Source: Spongospora subterranea f. sp. subterranea (taxonomy: Eukaryota). From it: a stretch of 20,000 nt of DNA. The notes beneath the pieces are model-generated. The model did no database searches. It worked only from the letters and a program-made list of their open reading frames with translations, and was not told the DNA's origin. The first letter of the stretch is position 1; each line of letters opens with the position of its first letter. Shown piece by piece: positions 1-10,777 of the stretch. The translations under genes and the position numbers were made by a program. The stretch spans positions 57,949-77,948 of the forward strand of contig JAUGWO010000085.1 in the NCBI GenBank assembly GCA_049724395.1, read 5' to 3'.

Positions 1-72
1 TGGATTCTACTTCCAGCTGATAATTTTCTGTTTTACTGTTGTAATAATCTGCAGTATTTGGTTTCCAAGTAG

Positions 73-402
73 TATAAACATCTGTTGTCGCCATTGCTGC
101 GACCATTTTTTGTAAGATCTACGCAACGGTTTTCATGTTTATCATGACGCTGGATGAATAGATCGTGAAATAGTTGTCGCTGGCTTTTCGGATCAAGGTA
201 TTGTCTTTATTATTCTGAGCCACAAACCCCCTAGTATGATTACTATATACAGATCATGTGGTATTGTTCCAGGACGTTGTCGATGGAAATACCAGTTATT
301 CATAATCAGTTGTTAACAGGAACGAGATCCGCTTCTTGGGAAACCCCTCTTATAAATTCAATCAGGACGAATTTCGCGGCTGACAATGGACATCTTGAAT
401 GA
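73..402 (+). CDS. Possible 3' exons of an unidentified gene entering from the left edge
   Basis: GT..AG intron-like segments at ~112-173 and ~198-252 join phase-0 pieces YKHLLSPLLRPFF / LSLAFRIK / IMWYCSRTLSMEIPVIHNQLL...; no homology recognised and other splicings are possible. Confidence 0.25.
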
Positions 403-918
403 GGAAGTGCTCATATTACCGATCGGCGAAACAAGCCAAAGCTTATCGATGTCGTGTTCAGGAGCTATAATCCAGTGTTGAGTTCCCTTGACAATCTTCT
501 CAGCAACGTCTGCCGTAGTTGCCTTTGCGTATAACCGGTATGTCATTTCAGCTGATGGCGGTGGATTGGCCATTATGGCACGAAGCAGCAGCAGTTTGCG
601 GAAGAGCGTTTGAACTTGCTCAACAGGAAAATTCGAAGAAGTCAACGTTCCGTTGAACTTGATGATATGGGTTTCAGATAATGTGCCATTTGAAAAAATG
701 GCGATGTATATATGTGATAGACGCCCTCGAAATATTTGAGCAGATAAAGATGATACCCAGTCCTGAATGTAATTTCGAGCGTCCGCAAAACGCGGGTTCA
801 AACTATGAACTGGAATACCGACATGGTTCTTGTTTATGAAACACTGTCTAGGGTAAACATAGCGCTGATAGAGGATCTCTTCTATAGCTAGGACGATTGA
901 TGATATAAATCCATCCAT
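358..918 (-). CDS. REV7: HORMA-domain protein, REV7/MAD2L2 (DNA polymerase zeta accessory subunit)
   Basis: Intronless 186-aa ORF. LAIEEILYQRYVYPRQCF...GIPVH...NYIQD...IYIAIF...ETHIIKF follows the REV7 HORMA pattern (AVHLILYVREVYP..IF...NVPV...YIQD...VVVVIL...EKFVFE). Confidence 0.85.
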   Translation of the reverse strand: MDGFISSIVLAIEEILYQRYVYPRQCFINKNHVGIPVHSLNPRFADARNYIQDWVSSLSAQIFRGRLSHIYIAIFSNGTLSETHIIKFNGTLTSSNFPVEQVQTLFRKLLLLRAIMANPPPSAEMTYRLYAKATTADVAEKIVKGTQHWIIAPEHDIDKLWLVSPIGNMSTSSFKMSIVSREIRPD

Positions 919-1105
919 ATTGGTTGGGCATTATATCAGAATAAGAATTATCCGCCGACCGAGCCCGCCCACCCATTCCCAAACCCTCTTCGGACAAACA
1001 GTTGCGCGAAATCAATCAGTCGATAGAAACCCAAAAGTTAAATCAATTGTGTATTTGGCAACTGATGGAGGATACAAATTAATACAATACTCTACGTTGG
1101 CCGGT

Positions 1106-2321
1106 TTAGCTTCTGAATATTAGTTGATTTGGGACGGGAGATTGTACATCGGTCAAAGTCATTGTGAGTAGCTGAATATTGTCGTTGATGCAAGTGTTCC
1201 AGACGCTAGTGGCGTTGATTATGTATCCATCACGTCTGACCAAGTTAATTCTGAATGTAGATGTCGTCTGCGCTAAAATTATCGAGTCAAGAAACACGCA
1301 CGTTAGCTCCGCCCATGATGAATGTTGGAAGAGACTAAGATGATTCGTCAATCGTGATACAATTGTGGATAATGAGATGTCGTACCTCCAAAAAGGATTG
1401 CTTCCCATAGAATCTAGTTGCCATACATTAGAAAAGTAATGCAATAATTGGTTTAGCTGTTCGCAGGAATAATCGAGAACAGCCACGGCGGGGGGATTTA
1501 GCAAAAGTGAATACTGATATGTGCAACCGGATCTATCCATCAAGAACTGAAAAGTAGGTTCAGTTTGGTTCGTGAACGCAATGGGGGTCTGCACACAATA
1601 GCTTATTTAGCAAAAACACAAATGTTGGACTTCAACATATATACCATGCACACTCGTATAAATACTGGCACAACGTTGAACAATCGGTCTGCATGCAGGA
1701 AAGCGATTCGATCTACTTCTGTTTTCTTTACACTGAAATTATCGAACAGCCAGGTCATGAGGTCTAATATGTCTCTTGGGGTCAGGCTACAGGATAGAAT
1801 TTGCCATAGATATGCACTATAGGCGTTCGTCAGACGAGCGGTTCTACTGGGTTATCAGGAGCTTACCTTCGATGTGAAGAAACGAACTGCATAAGTTGAT
1901 CATTGGTATACCTTCTGAAACAGGTTAGAACCAACAACTTGAAACTGTTGGGTTCCATCAATGGGGGCTCGAAGCTGGAGACTATAGGAAGCGATGTCTG
2001 GAAACCTAAGTCCGGCGGGGGTCTTGCGTCTGGTTGGCAGCTCGCGTCTAGTCCAAGACGAATACATCTGGGACATGGTCGTTCATCGGACTTGCACGCT
2101 ACCTTCGCTTTGTGGCAAGATGAACAGGCACGAACATCCTTCAATCGCCGTGCCCAATCTCGGGGTGCTTTCTGACAAATTTGACGGTCTTCACATTGGT
2201 CGATTGTGCCTCGCAACTCACAGCGAGAACACGGCCGGTTCCGGTCGCACCTTAATTTAGCGGCAGAGCACAGAGAGCAGGCAATTTTGACTCTTTCAGG
2301 TCTTCTGGTATTGTCTGCCAT
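1106..2321 (-). CDS. Transcription factor with two tandem Zn(II)2Cys6 binuclear clusters and a C-terminal PAS-like domain
   Basis: CSLCSAAKLRCDRNRPCSRCELRGTIDQC and CSSCHKAKVACKSDERPCPRCIRLGLDASC both fit C-x2-C-x6-C-x5/6-C-x2-C-x8-C. Predicted introns 1817-1866 and 1589-1665 join the ORFs in frame. C-terminal FRINLVRRDGYIINATSVW...LLTMTLTDV resembles a PAS/PAC sheet (this part is less certain). Confidence 0.88.
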
Positions 2322-2499
2322 GGCGTTTATCCTAATTTGAACTATTTCAGTCCGACTACTGGTGCTACTCTCTCCGGACCTATTTTTAGATCTGACGGCT
2401 CAATGAACTGCGGGGTGTTAACCCGCGGTAACATACACAGTGGATCTCATAGCCCCTGGACCGCGGAAATTAGACCCTTATTCGTCACGAGCTGTCGTT

Positions 2500-3608
2500 T
2501 TCAAGTTTTGGCGGTCGAACTCAGATTGGTCTGCGAACATGTTGTCCTGGTTGATTTGGCGAACACTGGCGCGAGATCTCTGAGTATTATCATGTGGCCG
2601 GGTGTCTGACTATCATTCCGTACTGAAATGATGCAACATTGAGTGTGAGGCAGCACATCCAGGACAATCAGTATGATCACTAAAAAAAGAGGCACGACTA
2701 AATTCGAACAGTGCACTCGACGAATATGCTGCTGGCTATTCAAAGGCAATTCACATAAAACAAGAAACTGTCTAGAGAATCAATCATAAGTTTGGGACGC
2801 TACAATTCGATTGACTTTCCGACAACATGTTTCTCTTAAAGACACAGTTAACTCTAGTTCACATTGTGGGCACTTTGCGGCAGGGGTCATACAAACAACT
2901 GCATAAGGCACAATAGGTGGCAAAAGTCAGGGACATCCGCATATACAATAGAATCTGCAGTAAACGATCCGATGAAGTTGCTCAGATAATGGTGCGTTTA
3001 CCATTCTCAATCCCTGCTGTATCGGCGATTAAGTCATTGACAGCGGAAAAGATTTTGTTCCAACTGATTTGGCATGAGAAATTCGCAACCTTCTGGTCTG
3101 CATTTTTTTCCATAGGTTGATGTTTTTGCATGCTAGTTGATCGCATAATAGCAATCAGATATATATTGGCCGCTATGCAACTTCATTGGCTTGGCCTTCA
3201 GCTACAATTTCGATCAACGGAAGCTCAATAACCTGCGATATTCTAATTATTCATTCAGGACACCAACCTTTGATGGCAGTGGAAGTCGTTAGGCTTGGCA
3301 AACACACATTTGGATGTAGGGTCAACAGGTTCTATCCATTGCTTATTTCTACAGTTTTTACATGACCTTCAGGTCCACTTCGAGCAACTTTTGCTGCGAC
3401 AATGAGCTACATTGTGGAATACTAGATCTTTAACAACATGCACCCCCAATTACACCAGTTAGGATTAATACCGATTTGATGAGCGGCATGATAATAGTAC
3501 GGCTGCCTGATTTTCATGGTGGTATATAGTGCTAATTCACATAATATCTGAAGCCTGCCTCAGCGGTGATCGCATACTTTGACTGCGGCTCAAAACAGGG
3601 AGAAACAT
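2500..3608 (-). CDS. Cryptic multi-exon gene of unknown product (weak kleisin Rad21/Rec8-like hints)
   Basis: A run of short GT..AG introns and small open exons on the minus strand, e.g. ...ISWNKIFSAVNDLIADTAGIEN|DSIVYADVPDFCHLLCLMQL and RNMLSEK|QFLVLCELPL. I could not resolve a complete reading frame and the boundaries are approximate. Confidence 0.35.
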
Positions 3609-3775
3609 ATTTTCGTCAAAGCTGACATAAAAACGGCGTTCCTTAACATAAAATATTCAAGTTTTTGTCACAAAACTGAAACAAACCTATGGAAGAATAT
3701 TGGCACTGCATCACGGTAATGTAGTGGCCCTCTGTTCTGAACTCAAGTCATTTACAGAATATATTAGTACAGTGA

Positions 3776-4834
3776 TTAATTATGTGTTCCAGTTTTCAGC
3801 AGCATGTCGTCGACTTTTCTTATTAAAGCGGTGCCGATCTTCTTCGCATACTGTATGAATCGTTAAACAACGCAACAAAACGAGTAAAGGCCAACAAACT
3901 TACGGAGATGGAATCAAGGATACCGGCAGGAGATAAACTGCCCGAACCTGAAATCACAATGAGATGAAGGGAAAAATGACCAGTTGATGGAAAACTACCG
4001 AGTTTCACAACGCCACATATATCTCCATTGATATTTACAGCGACACCAATTTGAGCGGTCATGCACAACTCTTCTTGAACAGTGACGTCGGCCACAAATC
4101 GTTTTCCGATCTAGGTCAAAGTGTAAACAATACTACTAATCCATACAAAGATGAATTTTCACACCTTGGTTAACGAGATACAAACCGGAGTCAGATCGGC
4201 AAGAAGTTGAGTTGAATCAACAGGGTCTGGCATTACTTCAAAGTCTTGTTCTTGAGGAGAGCTGGAATTGCCGGTTAAACGTAAACAAGGTACCTGAGAA
4301 ATGGTGAAAACATTAAATTAAACTATGGGAAATATGCGAAGAACCATCATGTACCTGAGCAGTTTTAACAGCTGCTCTTACACCAATAGATATAGCATCA
4401 AGAGCGCTCCCATCAGTGCTAACTATCTCTGCGTCAATGTATATTGCCCACACTAACCGACCAGGAATAATGCAAAGCGATTCCAAATCGATCGAAGATT
4501 CGAAGATACGTTGAAGAGCGGACGTTAGCTCAGTGTTGGCGTCTTGGGAGCCTTGCCCTCTGAATTGATCGGATGCAGTAGAGGAGCACTCAACATTGCA
4601 GACAATGAAACCATCGCGAGGCGTCTGGGTATTGGGTTCAGCAACTTCAAGCTTAACACCGACGACAACATTAGTTTCTTCAAGAATAACTCGAGCGGAG
4701 CCGTGAGCAGCTGGAACAACCCCAATAGATAATTGCAAAGGCCTATACTCTAATCTTCCCCGCCCGTCGCTACGAACGTTTTTATCTATCCCATCGATCA
4801 GGAAACTCCTTTCCGATCGCGACAACGAGAACAT
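3776..4834 (-). CDS. RRP42: Exosome complex RNase PH-like subunit RRP42 (EXOSC7)
   Basis: LSRSERSFLIDGIDKNVRSDGRGRLEYRP, GSARV, VVVGVKLEV, IDLESLCIIPGRLVWAIYID and DGSALDAIS motifs. Exons 4355-4834, 4165-4293, 3999-4110, 3904-3947 and 3776-3850 join in frame through 51-61 nt GT-AG introns. Confidence 0.93.
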
Positions 4835-5070
4835 AATGCGAAGCGTGGCGAGGTACGCCTGTTTACGCTTGCCACTGCGTTTTCCTGTTGGCCATGGCCA
4901 GGCGGCGGACTACCCCCGGCCTCCGTCACGGAGTCAGACCCTGTATACACTTTCTGTACATTAATGGTGAGTGTGCGCAACCCTTGGCCATGTTATGTGC
5001 CCTTACGAAGAGAGAGAGAGACCCTTTTATCATATCAGATGACGTCTGTAGTTGAGAAACGCTCATTCCA
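4835..5070. promoter_or_regulatory. Short divergent (likely bidirectional) promoter between RRP42 and the RGP1-like gene
   Basis: Only 236 bp separate the head-to-head start codons; contains a GC-rich patch and a short (AG)n run near 5009-5021. Confidence 0.55.
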
Positions 5071-6425
5071 ATGAACGTCACATTAGTCGTCACACCATTC
5101 TTCGCCAGCCCCGGTGATGTAATCTCTGGCTCGGTGTCGCTCTCTTTGGCGTGCCCGGAGAACCAAATCGGTATCTCTCCGCTGCGAAGGTATTTGATTG
5201 CCAAAACCGGTGCTGTTCCCTCCATGCACATATCGCTGCGGTTAATCGGATCGGTTCGCCTCAAGCAATTTCTGGATATTGTATGTCATATCTGATTCTC
5301 CAACATCGTCTTATAGTTTGCTTTCTAAGGCTATCTTCGAGTCTGCTTCAATCGAAGCAGTAACAGACTCGGTTGTCAACTGGGAACTTCTTCTTCCGAA
5401 AGAAAGCCTACCTCCCTCGTTCCATCGAGGAGTAATATTTCGCTGTATATATTACCTTGAAGCAGAAATCTCTCATCCTCAAGGACCTGTTATTCGTCGA
5501 TTCCGGGTCCCCATCTGTTTGCGTAATACCAGCTCAGCTTCCGCATTCACCATTCCAGAGTGCCCTTACACCCCTGTTTGGATACGAACGGTACTGTATA
5601 TGGTGCTCTTGAGAGTTGTCCATCTCGTTGTTCAACCTATGTTAGGTTTCGCCAACGGATGGCGATAATACCGTCAAGCGCCACGATGCAGTGTCGATTC
5701 CTGCCGGCCCATCTAGTTCAGACAGGATGATGGAGAAAAAACTGTCCCTACTGGAAAAAAAGCTACGTGCTGAGTTTGACGCTCTTGGATTGAAGCAGCC
5801 GGAAGATGATTGGCATTGGGTTCACTCACCATGCAACATTGATGATGAAGATGTCAATGATGAGTGTGAAAGTCAGGACTATTTAGCTCCTCAAGCTGTT
5901 CGGTTCAACATAGACATTTGTGAAGATCATCTCGTCACTTTATTATTGTCTCAAGACAAATTCTGTCTTGGAGATGTCGTCCGTGGTTTGTTTCATTTCG
6001 AAGACGGCAAGAGGGCATGCATCAAAGTGGACATACGCTTGATATCAACCGAGATCGGATGTGATCAGTATTCTGGAACTTCTGTCATTTCTTGGGGCGA
6101 ATCCAGGCGTCTCTGCCATAATATTGCGTCTGAGGATTTCTCGTTGCTTATTCCTCCTGGTCCGCTTGCATGCGCCACATTTACAAGCGATACCTGTACT
6201 CTTAGTTGGTCCCTTGAATTTAAGTTTTTTGTTCGCAAAAAGACGTCAACTTCTTCAACATCGCCATCTGGCTCTCGTGAAGATATTACCAATCTGCCAG
6301 ATGACCAAGTTGATATTCTTAACTGGTCCTTGCCGATTCTCATTAGTTCAGCCAGGAATAACGTAGCAGTTGTTGATGCGAGAAAAATTTTTTTTATCCA
6401 CTATTCGGCATTTCCTACATTGTAG
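5071..6425 (+). CDS. RGP1: Rgp1-family protein (Ric1-Rgp1 Rab6/Ypt6 GEF subunit, arrestin-like fold)
   Basis: LPKESLPPSFHRGVIFRCIYYL, FCLGDVVRGLFHF, CIKVDIRLISTE, FSLLIP...ATFTSDTCTLSWSLEFKF and LNWSLPILI match Rgp1-like segments. Predicted phase-0 introns 5281-5329 and 5591-5645. The 3' end could alternatively splice 6363-6425 to a stop at ~6446. Confidence 0.72.
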
Positions 6426-6992
6426 GGGGAAGAGGCATTGCAATGATTAAAGATGCAGCTCAAATTGCGGTAAAACGGTTGCATGCCGATCAGTTGTACA
6501 GTAAAGATGATTTTTTCCGTCAAAAGGATTTCGGGGCTCGAATTGAAATATCTCAACGGTATGATAACGACACCCAGCAATGTTCGTGGTCAACTGGTCC
6601 TCTATTCTCACGTCTAGTAACGCTGTCCTATTAAAGAATCTCATCAGCCGGCGACACTTCAGGTCAGCTGGCCCATCAATTTGTTTTCAGATTTGGCCAT
6701 TGATGTGGCGTTGAACCTGCGAACGTTTCCCAAGCGATGTGGTGGCGGAAGCAATCAAAAAGTTCGAATAGAACTCTCTTATGATCGCAATGCATTAGGT
6801 TGATAATATTTATGTAGCGCTTTCAGATAAGAAAAATTTTCCGCGACCCTGGAAGCGGACAAGGAAATGTGCCAGGCGCCGTCACCCAGCACTTGGGTGT
6901 CTGCCCAGGTTCCGGTACGGTAAAACATTTTACCGAAATTGACGGTTTGGATATACAATATAGAGATTGCCAATCATCACATTAATTTTTAA

Positions 6993-8337
6993 TCACTCTA
7001 ATTGTGCAAAAAGGTCCTCATCTCTGAACAAGTTCAAAAAGTCAATAGCCGAACGTGAAAATGCCCGAAGTAACTATTACGAGGGCTTAGGTCGTTTATC
7101 GTCTTGCTGAACATCAACATTGTTTTCTACTGACGTAGTACCTGACTTGGACAAGTTCTTTGCGACGTTTGACGTTGATCGGTTGCATGTCCTGCGTTTT
7201 CGAGTGCCATTAGCCTGGTAAGCGGGAACGGATTCCTGAGTTGCGTGACGCAATGCAGCTTCAATGTTCGAGGAAACATTGTCGTGAGAGTTGGAAATAC
7301 GATCTGGTGTCTAGATTAGAACTGAGAGTCGAAAACTCAAAAAACACTAACCGATATGAGCCTTGAGAGCAATCGGTTCGTTGGGCACGTTGTGTTCAGT
7401 CGTAGACGAAATATGTTTAGCGATTTCCTCCCTATTTTCTAGCAGATTTTTTTCCATGTCTGCTTGTATGTCCGCGATGCGACAAATCAACTAACGAAAA
7501 ATCAAATTGGATGGAAGACAAATGAGCGCGACGATGACCTGCTCCTCCGATGCTAGCTTGGCCTCACAAGCCTAACCATTCCGCAAAACAGCCACTATCA
7601 ATATTGATCCGATGCACATCGCAACGATAATTCTACATGCCTTATCGTGATGCTGACGCAGGTCGTCGAGCTCCTGTGTTATTCGCTGGTTGCTGTTATG
7701 CAGCCTTATCCGATCAGCCTGACTGGTGTTGAATAAAAGTTCCAAAATAAAACTGTCGAATGGCAATTGTACTCGCTGTGCCTCAATCTTTTCACAGCAG
7801 GACTGGAAACCAGCACGGATTGAGTGAGCGCCATCAGGCTCGACAACCAAAAGAGCTTCTAAAATTCCTTGCTAAATAACAACTGTTGAACAGTGGCATT
7901 TGGGTTCTGGAATTGGAAAAAGACCTTAATCGGGCCAGCATCTGTTGTGATTATACGGGATATTAACAGCTAAAACATAACAGCTAAAAATGTGTTCTAT
8001 TTTGGTCTTTTCAAACACTGCTAGTGTAAAAAATTACCTGAAGATTGTCATCTGTCGGTATTACTTCGATATTGAAAAGACACATCATCCTGTGATTTTA
8101 ACGACCTTGACGTACTTTAGCTACATTATTGAAACACCCCATTGGCAAGCAGATTTACTTGAACACTGCTTCTGTTGTCTGTTTATCGCCGATAGATGCC
8201 TTAGCTATATATGAACTCCAGACCGTTGACCCATCCGTTAACGATAAGAATAGTCGGTCTGTTTGAGTATCAGATAAAACCCAAATGACGACACGGCGGT
8301 CGTTGATCGAGAATGACGCTAGAGACAGTAACCCCAT
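6993..8337 (-). CDS. XRCC4: Divergent XRCC4-family NHEJ scaffold protein (8 exons)
   Basis: Head LFLSLTDGSTVWSSYI (cf. human FVITLTDGHSAWTGTV), coiled coil DLRQHHDK|ACEAKLASEEQ|L (cf. [20 protein letters not shown]) and tail PSDEDLFAQLE* (cf. SPEDLFDEI*). Phase-consistent exons: 8159-8337, 8038-8089, 7925-7969, 7641-7871, 7539-7571, 7352-7490, 7081-7303, 6993-7023. Confidence 0.68.
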
Positions 8338-8655
8338 GGGCTGGGCGAATCAACCTGTCAATATTAGCGCCAGGTCCAGCTCTTGTCGTTCGACCCAGAT
8401 TGGCGTTACCGGTGTTTCTGGTTACAGCGCCAACTGCAGTGGTCAATAATGGGAACATATTCCCCGGTCTCCGTATATCGGGTGACATTGAATGAGCTTG
8501 TCAATGCTCAATGTCAACAAAACAATATTTTGGCAACCTGATTTATTTGGGGATGGCTAGACGCGGTCAGGTATAATGATGATTTTCAAGACGCCACACT
8601 GGATGTTCGACATTGCCAGCTTGGCTGTATATTTCAAAATCTGGCTACTCGCAAT

Positions 8656-8703
8656 GAATCAGATTGAATCAGATCGAATCCTCCCACCAGAATCCTCCCA
8701 CCA
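8656..8703 (+). repeat. Two adjacent short tandem duplications
   Basis: GAATCAGAT at 8656 and 8666, followed by GAATCCTCCCACCA at 8676 and 8690. Confidence 0.9.
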
Positions 8704-8784
8704 GTTAATGTGACCAGCTAATTACTAGGGCGCGAGAATGAAGCAAGTGGTCTTGAGTTATTGTCGAAGATGATGTGTTTAGGA

Positions 8785-9790
8785 CATTCTCAGCACGAGC
8801 ATTGAGTCCGCCCGTTTGACAAAAGATCCCTGGATTCTATCACTCCGATGATGGATTCAGCCGAGCATTGATCGTTTAATTGACTGGTCGTCGAGCATTA
8901 GTTGGAATATTCATCATCCGATGATGACATGTACACGAGCAAGTGTGATTCTATCACTTGATGGGACAGTCAGCATATCTTGAGTTTGACAAAAGAATTG
9001 GTCGAAGATGATGTGTTTGACAAAAGAATCCCTGGATTCTATCACTCCGATGATGGGAGTGTCGAGTCCGCCCGTTTGACAAAAGAATCCCTGGATTCTA
9101 TCACTCCGATGATGGGACATGTCAGCACGAGCATTGAGTCCGCCCATTTGACAAAAGAATCCCTGGATTCTATCACTCCGATGATGGGACATGTCAGCAC
9201 GAGCATTGAGTCCGCCCGTTTGACAAAAGAATCCCTGGATTCTATCACTCCGATGATGGGACATGTCAGCACGAGCATTGAGTCCGCCCATTTGACAAAA
9301 GAATCCCTGGATTCTATTTTCACTCCGATGATGGGACATGTCAGCACGAGCATTGAGTCCGCCCATTTGACAAAAGAATCCCTGGATTCTATCACTCCGA
9401 TGATGGGACATGTCAGCACGAGCATTGAGTCCGCCCCGCCCATTCTATCACTCCGATGATGAGTCCGCCCATTTGACAAAAGAATCCCTGGATTCTATCA
9501 CTCCGATGATGGGACATGTCAGCACGAGCATTGAGTCCGCCCATTTGATTAACTCCGATTGGGACATTGACAGCATTAGGTCAAATCCGCCCATTTGAAT
9601 TAAGCTGGATTCTATCACTCCAATGTCAGCACGAGCATGAGTGTTGACAGCTTGTCCGAAAACTGCTCTGCTTGATTGATGATGGGACATGTCAGCACGA
9701 GCATTGAGTCCGCCCATGACAAAAGAATCCCTGGATTCTATCACTCCGATGATGGGACATGTCAGCACGAGCATTGAGGCCGCCCATTTG
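8785..9790. repeat. 72-bp minisatellite/VNTR array, about 7 near-complete units plus partial and chimeric units
   Basis: Unit TTTGACAAAAGAATCCCTGGATTCTATCACTCCGATGATGGGACATGTCAGCACGAGCATTGAGTCCGCCC(A/G) starts at 9075, 9147, 9219, 9291 (+3 nt), 9366, 9472 and ~9717; partial copies near 8785-8855, 9016-9074 and 9678-9716. Confidence 0.97.
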
Positions 9791-10323
9791 ATGATGTTTG
9801 CATTAATTTCTTGACATAGGTCAAATACATTGAATTAAGCTTCAAATTGTTGACAGCTGGGTCGAAAACTGCTCTGCTTGATTGTGTAGGTCATTGAAGT
9901 GATACAATCCCGGCATCATCCCTTGACACTCATGTTCATAAAAGTGTGATCCTGTCATAGCAACAGCGGATATTCTTGCCATCAAACGCCATTCTTAATT
10001 CATAACATAATGTGTTCGAACAAAAAATTGTCGCGCTCCGATAGGCAACCTAATAAACAACACTCAATGTGGCATAGCCTTGATCGTTAGTGTCTGTGCT
10101 TGCTTGCATTATTTGTGATGATGAGATGTTCCTGTTGTTTAAATGTCGTTGACTGTTCACATTCCGAATCACAACCTGGGGGAATGCAGTTTCTATGCAG
10201 ATCTTCTGCAAAACCACAAATCAAGCGCGGCAACAACGGTCTGTTGAGGCATTGATGACGACTGAGTAAATACTTGCTGTCTCAGCTTCTACAACAAAGT
10301 ATAACCAAAACACCCTCGGTTAA

Positions 10324-10570
10324 CACCAAACAGCAGTTGTACCAAAATGGGCCAAAATAACGGGATGCGACTTTATGTAGTGACCGTTTGTACATCTTAC
10401 AACCGTCTGAAACATATTGGTGTTAGAAGCATTCAAGAACAAATTGAAACTATACCAGGATCACCGTCGATTCAGATACAATCCTAGCAAGGACCTCAAA
10501 TAAGCATCCAAATGATCCTGGTTTGTATATATTTTTCGATTTCTTCAACCCAGGTAGTGAGAAACTCTCT
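10324..10570 (+). mobile_element. Highly decayed pogo/Tigger-like (DDE_1) transposase fragment
   Basis: Across frameshifts reads HQTAVVPKWAK / NNGMRLYVVTVCTSY / LQPSETYW / AFKNKLKLY ... SISSTQVVRNSL, the same order as the pogo H.T..V, IP.GCTS.LQP.D, .FK..L and I...V.NSF motifs. Confidence 0.4.
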
Positions 10571-10777
10571 TCCTTTTGTCAACTCCTTTGTCAGGGAAGC
10601 GCCCTCCTTAGTACGTGTGGACGTACAAAGAGTCGACCACCAACAATCGTTGGACCTTGAATGAGGTTTGGAAGTATTGTTTAATGCGTTATCTCAAACA
10701 ATCAAACATATCTGGTGTTGATCATTCTGCAGCTGCGGAATGGAGTTGTTGCTTGTGACCTCATAATCAATGATTGT

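Noticed and set aside
358..918. Bacterial CBASS-type HORMA or other defence system
   Set aside because: The sequence fits eukaryotic REV7, and there is no neighbouring CD-NTase or TRIP13-like gene.
1903..6366. Antisense and alternative-frame ORFs overlapping the Zn2Cys6, RRP42 and RGP1 genes
   Set aside because: Shadow ORFs of well-supported coding exons, with no motifs of their own.
6443..6973. Short ORFs between the RGP1-like and XRCC4-like 3' ends
   Set aside because: 60-65 aa, with no recognisable motif or consistent splice model; may be UTR, though a small gene cannot be excluded.
358..8337. Functional DNA-repair cluster (REV7, XRCC4-like, possible kleisin)
   Set aside because: The genes are interspersed with unrelated ones, and proximity is expected by chance in a compact genome.
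8914..9774. Repeat-protein ORFs on both strands (LTKESLDSITPMMGH..., MSHHRSDRIQG..., MLVLTCPIIG...)
   Set aside because: A 72-bp unit that lacks stops in three frames produces these ORFs automatically, and none extends coherently into the flanks.
8785..9790. CRISPR-like array (regular repeats with an internal palindrome)
   Set aside because: Units are head-to-tail and near-identical with no unique spacers; no cas genes; eukaryotic intron-rich context.
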